From an uncultured Gammaproteobacteria bacterium (lineage in GTDB: Bacteria; Patescibacteriota; Patescibacteriia; Magasanikbacterales; GWA2-37-8): a stretch of DNA of 47,546 bases. The notes beneath the pieces were generated by a model. That model was given only the letters and a program-made list of their open reading frames with translations, did no database searches and was not told the DNA's origin. The stretch spans positions 1-47,546 of the forward strand of contig CAZWKA010000009.1 in assembly GCA_964634875.1 (NCBI GenBank), in the 5' to 3' direction. Numbering within the stretch: the first letter of the stretch is position 1; each line of letters begins with the position of its first letter. Shown here one piece after another: positions 42,025-47,546 of the stretch. The position numbers and the translations under genes were made by a program.

Positions 42025-43113
42025 TTACTTGATCGAATTAAGCCGAGTTCGTGTTTGTGTTCCAAAGCCATTTTCTTGGATCCCTTCTTTGGTTTGAAAA
42101 TCCAACACTGCTTTAGCGGTAGCTGGCCCAAAAACGCCGTTAGCCCTGGTTGTTTTTGAAAAATAACCAAGCTTCTGGAGACGAAGCTGGAGTTCAATTA
42201 CCACCATGCCTCGGGAGGCGTTGGCAAGGTTGGCCCTGAACTGGTAGGCGGCGGGTGTTGGAGTTGGGGCGAGCGCCACCGCTTTGGGTTCTTCTCCGCG
42301 CATAAGAGCATTCAAAATGTTTCTCGTTTTTGCCCTTACTCCTGTTTCAACGACACCATATTTCTTCTGGAGCGATTGAAGAGAAGCAATCGTAGTTGGC
42401 CCAAAACTACCGTTTGCCCTCACACTCTTAGGAAAGAAGCCTTGGCGCTGAAGAAGCAGCTGAAGTTGGATAACGTCGGAATTGACATTTCCACTACTTA
42501 AATCTTTTTTAAACAGAAAAACAGCAGGTGTTGGTTTAGGAGTGGGTTTAGGAGTTGGTGCTGGAACCGGGGTGTTTGGCACAGTTGGTGCCGGGACACT
42601 CGGGGTTGGTGCTGCCGGGGTTGAAGGAGTCGGGGCTGGCGAAGGTACGCTACCTCCACCACCGGAAGAGCCCGATCCCGATCCAGCACCAGTTGAACCA
42701 GCGGTTCCACCTGTACTCGCTACACATGTACCGCTTCCACCCGGGGTAATAACCAAGCTATGTGCCGAGTCAGAATTACTAACACAATTTATAGTTATTG
42801 AAGAAGCGGTAGCGGTACAAGTGGTAGATGCCACCGCACAATCAAGATCACCTCCCAAAACAAAACTACTTCGGTCGCTAGAAGTGAAAACGGCTGTCGA
42901 ACCGTTGGCAATACTTGCCGTAATAGTATTAGTATCAACAGTAAGCGATTGCAATTTTGCGCTAGAATTAATCGAGTAGCTCAGTCCATTTCCCGGCAAA
43001 AGCACCGTGACACTATCATCTCCAAACGTTAATGTGTCAAACGCAGCCTTAGTACCAAGGGGGAGCAGTAAAAGCGTTACCAGTACCACCAAATAATGTT
43101 TGTTGCTTTTCAT
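42025..43113 (-). CDS. Secreted protein with two C-terminal peptidoglycan-binding (PG_binding_1-like) repeats
   Basis: Signal peptide and a Gly/Ser/Pro-rich linker. Two repeats follow: VIQLQLLLQRQGFFPKSVRANGSFGPTTIASLQSLQKKYGV and VIELQLRLQKLGYFSKTTRANGVFGPATAKAVLDFQTKEGI. Confidence 0.75.
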   Translation of the reverse strand: MKSNKHYLVVLVTLLLLPLGTKAAFDTLTFGDDSVTVLLPGNGLSYSINSSAKLQSLTVDTNTITASIANGSTAVFTSSDRSSFVLGGDLDCAVASTTCTATASSITINCVSNSDSAHSLVITPGGSGTCVASTGGTAGSTGAGSGSGSSGGGGSVPSPAPTPSTPAAPTPSVPAPTVPNTPVPAPTPKPTPKPTPAVFLFKKDLSSGNVNSDVIQLQLLLQRQGFFPKSVRANGSFGPTTIASLQSLQKKYGVVETGVRAKTRNILNALMRGEEPKAVALAPTPTPAAYQFRANLANASRGMVVIELQLRLQKLGYFSKTTRANGVFGPATAKAVLDFQTKEGIQENGFGTQTRTRLNSIK

Positions 43114-43179
43114 AAAGGTTTGTACTGACTTATTTTCTCTCAGTATTACATTCGAGAAATAAGATCTAAGTTAAGGCGC

Positions 43180-44067
43180 TTAATTTCTAAAGACAGAAAC
43201 TGTCCATTCACCACCATCCGGATTAATATCAGCATCGGTAGAATTACAGGCAATTATAGAAATCGTATTCGCCGTTGAAACCCAACCGCTCCAAGTGATT
43301 TCTGGAACATTGCTCGGGGGACCAAGTAAAACAGCGTCTCCTTCTCTGGCTCCCAACAGAGTCACGGTCTCCGCTCTGCACGAGTCAGCATTTGCATTCG
43401 CAACCAAATTTGCGAAATTTACAGTTGCTATTGTAGTCAAATACTTTGCAATATTGCTACCACCTTCCCCGATTACTAAGCCACCATTCAACGTTGTGCT
43501 AGCAGTGATAGTCGTGGTTGCCAAGGTTACTGTCCCGGTACTAGTTAAGCTTCCCAAAATTGCTGCACCACCGTAAATAGTTCCTGAGGCGTACACATTA
43601 TTAAAAGCCGCCCCAAAACTACCAAGGCTTGGAGCACCATTAACATCAGCCAACAAATTGCCGCGGAACGTAGCCACACCACCAATTATCAATGTACTGC
43701 TCACGGAAGCAGTTCCATCAACTGACAGATTACCCGCAGCATTAATACTGCCATTTGCAAAACTGGCGTTGTAACTTGCTGCTGGGCCACCAACACTTAT
43801 ATACTGGCTAGTTGTTACAATAGTAGTAGTAACAGACCCGGCAGTTAGAGCGCCTTCAACAGCAAGCGTACCGTAAAACCGGGAAGCACCCGAGACATTT
43901 AGGGTGCTACTGACCGTGGCCGCACCAGCGACACTCAGTGCATTACCCACACTAACATTATTTCCAACTACCGTTGCTGCTTCTGCCCAACGTGCCCCTC
44001 CAAAACTTGCCACCAATAACCCCCCAACCACGAGAAGCAATACTAAAAATTTTTTTCCTCTTACCAT
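43180..44067 (-). CDS. Hypothetical secreted repeat protein (Gly/Ala/Ser/Thr/Val-rich, beta-helix-like periodicity)
   Basis: Signal peptide followed by recurring G-x-L-x-V-x-G-x-x-x-V-S-S-T-L units. The C-terminal region of about 100 aa is a distinct globular part with two Cys. Confidence 0.6.
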   Translation of the reverse strand: MVRGKKFLVLLLVVGGLLVASFGGARWAEAATVVGNNVSVGNALSVAGAATVSSTLNVSGASRFYGTLAVEGALTAGSVTTTIVTTSQYISVGGPAASYNASFANGSINAAGNLSVDGTASVSSTLIIGGVATFRGNLLADVNGAPSLGSFGAAFNNVYASGTIYGGAAILGSLTSTGTVTLATTTITASTTLNGGLVIGEGGSNIAKYLTTIATVNFANLVANANADSCRAETVTLLGAREGDAVLLGPPSNVPEITWSGWVSTANTISIIACNSTDADINPDGGEWTVSVFRN

Positions 44068-44107
44068 ATAAATAATTAACACAGGTCATCCTGCTAAATA
44101 AAACGGT

Positions 44108-44557
44108 TTATTTATTAAAATGAATGACATCCACAATCAAATCTACCGAATGATCGTACAAAATCGCTCGATCCGCATAGAGGAGCACCTTATCCCCTTG
44201 TTTAGCCAACTGAAAATCGGGGTTATCCTTACGCAAATTTTCTGGATCAATCACTGTCGAAACCGTCACCGAACCATTTGGCAAGACAATATGCTTTGAC
44301 ACCTTTGTCACAATCTCAGTTACTTCTTTTGTTGTACCACTTACTTCAATTATTGGCGGAACACTTTGAGTGTTTTCGCTCGTCACCGCTCTTGATAACC
44401 CATTTAATTCTGACGTGACAGCTGAATTCTTTTGTCTAAAATCAAAAAAGAAAAACGCACTGATAATCAAGCCAATAAAAACAAAAACAATAATAAAAGG
44501 TACGACCTGACTTTTTTCCTCTGGCAAATAGACTTCCTCGACTGTCTTTTTAGACAT
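44108..44557 (-). CDS. Hypothetical single-pass membrane protein
   Basis: 149 aa with one N-terminal TM helix (VVPFIIVFVFIGLIISAFFFF). Confidence 0.5.
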   Translation of the reverse strand: MSKKTVEEVYLPEEKSQVVPFIIVFVFIGLIISAFFFFDFRQKNSAVTSELNGLSRAVTSENTQSVPPIIEVSGTTKEVTEIVTKVSKHIVLPNGSVTVSTVIDPENLRKDNPDFQLAKQGDKVLLYADRAILYDHSVDLIVDVIHFNK

Positions 44558-44718
44558 AAAAGATTTAAAGATGGATATAGTATATCACACTTTAAAAAAT
44601 TACTGCAGTATTGACCGGCGTGCCGAGGACTTACGTGTTCAAACTCAAAAAGAACCTCCTCTCGCTTGTCTAAAACGATATTTTCACCTATGCTATAGGT
44701 ACTGTTTTTAAAATGTGT

Positions 44719-45741
44719 ATGAAAAAAAAGCTCATCTTGGGCGTATTACTTTCTTTATTGTTTTTCCCTTCGCTCGCGCAGGGCGCCCCTTCTCCGGGAG
44801 CACTGAACGCTGGTTTCATTAGCGGCATTTGGTACTCAACAAGCTCTTTTTTTATTGGCGATACAATCCGTATTTATTCAGCAATGCAAAACAACTCTGG
44901 TTTTGACATCATCGGTAGCATCCATTTTTATAACGGTCAAAACCTGATTGGCACAGCTGACTTCTCGGTTATCGACCGCCAGCTTATCGAACGCTGGGCT
45001 GACTGGACAGTGACGCCTGGCACCCACAATATCTACGCCAAAATAGTTAACCCGCGCAAATCTGAAATCGGCAAAGAACCTGAACCCATTTCCTTGGCTG
45101 CGGACGCCTCGGTACCAGACGTGAGAATAGCCACCATTGATCCTAACCGCCTAGCACCCGAAATTCCAAACACTTCTTCGACCACCCCGACGACCACGAC
45201 AACTACTAGCCCATCCACAAGTACCGACCCCTCCCCTGAGGGGGAGGAGGGCGTCTTAGACAAGCTTGTCGAAAGTGTTAAAAAAATCACTGACGCACTC
45301 TTTGGCACAAGCGACCCTCCTAACTCCGAAACAGGCACAGCATCAGACCCACCAGACCTGGTTGAGACCCCTGGTATGGCGCCTACGCTAGCTGAAACCA
45401 ACGATACTCCCCCGTCTACCACCCCGCCGAACGGTTTTGCCTCATCATTAGCTGCAAAACTAATTGATACAAAAAATACCCTCGACCAACGCCTTGGCCA
45501 GGATACGAACCCAAAACCTATTACCCTTTTTGCCAAACCCTTGGCTTCACTTGAAAAAAAATTTAACTTTCTTAAAATTCCTCCTGAATACATCCCCACC
45601 ACCGGACGGCTCTATAGCTGGTTTTTGGGACTGCTTATCACCATCCTCAGCACGTGGTGGCTACTTTTGCTGGCCTCGCTATTAATTCTCCGCTGGATAT
45701 GGAAAATTTTTCGTTTCTTCTATTTTAGAAATAGGGAGTAG
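44719..45741 (+). CDS. Hypothetical secreted protein with C-terminal membrane anchor
   Basis: Signal peptide MKKKLILGVLLSLLFFPSLAQG, a Thr/Pro/Ser-rich middle region, and a C-terminal TM helix followed by a basic tail. Confidence 0.6.
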   Translation: MKKKLILGVLLSLLFFPSLAQGAPSPGALNAGFISGIWYSTSSFFIGDTIRIYSAMQNNSGFDIIGSIHFYNGQNLIGTADFSVIDRQLIERWADWTVTPGTHNIYAKIVNPRKSEIGKEPEPISLAADASVPDVRIATIDPNRLAPEIPNTSSTTPTTTTTTSPSTSTDPSPEGEEGVLDKLVESVKKITDALFGTSDPPNSETGTASDPPDLVETPGMAPTLAETNDTPPSTTPPNGFASSLAAKLIDTKNTLDQRLGQDTNPKPITLFAKPLASLEKKFNFLKIPPEYIPTTGRLYSWFLGLLITILSTWWLLLLASLLILRWIWKIFRFFYFRNRE

Positions 45742-45792
45742 AGCTGAGGAGTACGGACAGCCGTCATAAAGAGGCCCGACCGTCTCCCCCGC

Positions 45793-46212
45793 TCAAAATT
45801 TATTTTCTTCCTTAGCCGGGATAGGCGTAGCACAAGCGCCCGGAAGAAAGCGCTCTCTGCGCTGAAGGAGCGGTGCGGCAAAGCGGAAAAAGGCACCAAA
45901 TTCTTCTTGGACAGGTAGCGCCACAGGTTCCGGAAGAACCATGTTGAGGACATCGACAAAACTCTTTAGGACTCCGAGCGCACCTATCGACCCCAAATCA
46001 ATACCGTGCTGTTGAACCTCCTGATGCCACAAGAAAAAAATTTTGATGGTTTCTCGGACAAAATCAGCCGGTACCAAGTCTTCGGTGCGAACCAAATACT
46101 TGCTCGCGTAAGCAGCGAAGACGCTGGTTAAAAAAGGAACCGTAGAATGCCGGTCACCAACCCGCTCCAGTTTCACGCCGACTTCGATCATACTGACTCG
46201 CGTCATGGCCAC
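45793..46212 (-). CDS. Hypothetical protein
   Basis: 139 aa with a GGAGGTG SD directly upstream of the ATG at 46212. No motif recognised. Confidence 0.55.
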   Translation of the reverse strand: MAMTRVSMIEVGVKLERVGDRHSTVPFLTSVFAAYASKYLVRTEDLVPADFVRETIKIFFLWHQEVQQHGIDLGSIGALGVLKSFVDVLNMVLPEPVALPVQEEFGAFFRFAAPLLQRRERFLPGACATPIPAKEENKF

Positions 46213-46287
46213 CTCCTGCCTGCTTTGACCCCTTATATATAACTACACCATACTAGTAGAAAAGTAACAAATTACCTCGTGACCCGG

Positions 46288-47409
46288 CTAGCGAAGTGAC
46301 TGATACCCACCAGGTACGCCTTTTTTAGAAAAAACAACCTGCCAAAGCTGGGTGCTGCGTGCCCGAAACAGCCCCGCACAAGTGAGGAGGTAAAACCTCC
46401 ACATTCGGTAAAATCGTTCATCATAGCGGGCACGCAAACCACTCCACTGCTGATTAAAATTATAGTACCAGGCTTGAAGCGTACGGTCATAATCTGACCC
46501 AAAATTATGCCAGTCCTCCATGATAAAAATACCCTCGACCGCCCGGGTAATGTGCACCGGCGAGGGCAAAAAGGCGTTAGGGAAAATATATTTATTGATC
46601 CAGGGATCCATCACTTTGCCAGTGATATTGGATCCAATTGTATGCAATAAGAAAAGGCCGCTCGGCTTGAGGCACCGTTCCACAACCTGCATGTACGTAT
46701 GGTAATTTTTGGGGCCAACGTGTTCAAACATGCCGAGTGAGATTATGCGGTCAAACTGATCAGTAACTTCACGGTAATCCTGAACCCGTATTTCAACAGA
46801 CAGTCCGCTGCAACGCTCTTGAGCCAGTGCTGCCTGCTCTTTGGAGATTGTAATACCAACCACGCTCACCCCATATCGCTCGGCAGCAAACTTGGCAAAG
46901 CTCCCCCATCCACAACCAATATCGAGCACCCTCATACCTGGTTTCAAGCCCACTTTTCGGCAAACGAGATCTAATTTCGCCTCCTGTGCCTCCTCAAGTG
47001 TCCGCGCGTCTTTCCAATAACCGCAGGTATAGGTCATTCGGCTATCGAGCATCGCTTGGTACAAATCGTTCCCCAGGTCATAGTGCTTCTCCCCCACTTC
47101 AAACGCCCGCGCTGTTGACTGCAGGTTAACAAAGCGCGCTTTAAGGTATTCCCAAATAAAACGCGACTTATTTCGCACTTTAGTTTCGAGTTTTGCCGCA
47201 ATCACCCGCGCCACAAACTCATCAAGCGCCTCGCATTCCCACCACCCATCCATGTACGATTCGCCCAAAGCAAGCGATCCACCAGAAAGTACGCGTTTAT
47301 AAAAAGCCGGGTTTTTAACCTGGATGTCCCATGGGTTAGGGCCATTAATAATAATCCCCGCTTCAGCTAGAAGTTCTTGGGCAGTTGTTTCAAGAGAAGA
47401 TTTCGGCAT
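46288..47409 (-). CDS. cfa: Cyclopropane-fatty-acyl-phospholipid synthase
   Basis: The SAM-binding motif VLDIGCGWG, plus YDLGNDLYQAMLD, ISLGMFEHVG and RMWRFYLLTCAG, are typical of the CFA/mycolic-acid cyclopropane synthase family. Confidence 0.9.
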   Translation of the reverse strand: MPKSSLETTAQELLAEAGIIINGPNPWDIQVKNPAFYKRVLSGGSLALGESYMDGWWECEALDEFVARVIAAKLETKVRNKSRFIWEYLKARFVNLQSTARAFEVGEKHYDLGNDLYQAMLDSRMTYTCGYWKDARTLEEAQEAKLDLVCRKVGLKPGMRVLDIGCGWGSFAKFAAERYGVSVVGITISKEQAALAQERCSGLSVEIRVQDYREVTDQFDRIISLGMFEHVGPKNYHTYMQVVERCLKPSGLFLLHTIGSNITGKVMDPWINKYIFPNAFLPSPVHITRAVEGIFIMEDWHNFGSDYDRTLQAWYYNFNQQWSGLRARYDERFYRMWRFYLLTCAGLFRARSTQLWQVVFSKKGVPGGYQSLR

Positions 47410-47456
47410 AGATTATAATTATAAACGTATACTACTCTTTGAAGAAAAAAGGTCAA

Positions 47457-47482
47457 ATAAAAAACAGCGAAAATTCGCTGTT
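47457..47482 (-). terminator. Terminator downstream of tRNA-Pro
   Basis: AACAGCGA-aaat-TCGCTGTT (47463-47482), followed by a T-run on the minus strand. Confidence 0.6.
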
Positions 47483-47492
47483 TTTGTATCTG

Positions 47493-47546
47493 TCGGGGTA
47501 GTGGGACTTGAACCCACAATCCTCTGGTCCCAAACCAGATGCTCTA
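47493..47546 (-). tRNA. tRNA-Pro (anticodon UGG), truncated by the window edge
   Basis: The reverse complement ...AGCATCTGGTTTGGGACCAGAGGATTGTGGGTTCAAGTCCCACTACCCCGA has anticodon loop TTTGGGA and T arm GTGGG-TTCAAGT-CCCAC. The 5' acceptor strand lies outside the window. Confidence 0.8.

Noticed and set aside
1-47546. I looked for a CRISPR array, a diversity-generating retroelement, an IS element or transposase, an integrase, and a prophage.
   Set aside because: I saw no regularly spaced direct repeats. I saw no reverse-transcriptase, transposase, recombinase or phage structural motifs in any long ORF. The only notable DNA repeats are the 26-nt tRNA-Leu duplication, the tRNA-spacer inverted repeat, the short palindromes and the paralogous pilin cores.

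Overview
This 47.5-kb window looks like a chromosomal segment of a small-genome, CPR/Patescibacteria-like bacterium, possibly Saccharibacteria-like. The taxon is inferred from gene content only. All long ORFs read through under the standard genetic code.

Housekeeping content:
- a candidate RNase P RNA
- tal, an Smr protein, a YdeN-like hydrolase and an M50 protease
- an rpsO-NYN-pnp block
- ruvB, a CYTH protein, galU, a SpoIID-like protein, a Wzx-like flippase and an AI-2E transporter
- cfa and an MGDG-synthase-like glycosyltransferase
- seven tRNAs: Leu-UAG, Arg-UCU, His-GUG, Leu-UAA, initiator Met-CAU, Gly-GCC and a partial Pro-UGG

The rest is dominated by cell-surface genes. There are nine VirB2/TrbC-like pilin paralogs, eight of them in one tightly packed minus-strand array at 19786-24671. 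There is a trio of type IV minor-pilin-like genes, a 936-aa DUF2341/LamG surface protein, and many secreted or lipoprotein ORFans.

Items most worth a second look:
1. A convergent pair of giant ORFans (718 aa and 1430 aa) sits beside tRNA-Leu(UAG). The 1430-aa protein ends in two tandem GNAT acetyltransferase domains preceded by a Cys/His-rich module. The 718-aa protein carries four tandem HTH-like repeats of about 65 aa.
2. Three strongly GC-rich single-gene islets, plus one weaker one, each encode a small protein. Three encode secreted proteins or lipoproteins and all four sit within about 1.5 kb of tRNA genes. One follows a perfect 26-nt duplication of the tRNA-Leu(UAA) 3' end.
3. An NYN-domain gene is inserted inside the otherwise conserved rpsO-pnp pair.
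4. The pilin array includes paralogs decorated with Cys-rich domains.
5. One lipoprotein carries a Kazal-like domain.

I saw no CRISPR array, transposase, integrase or reverse transcriptase. All family assignments come from reading motifs by eye. No searches were run.
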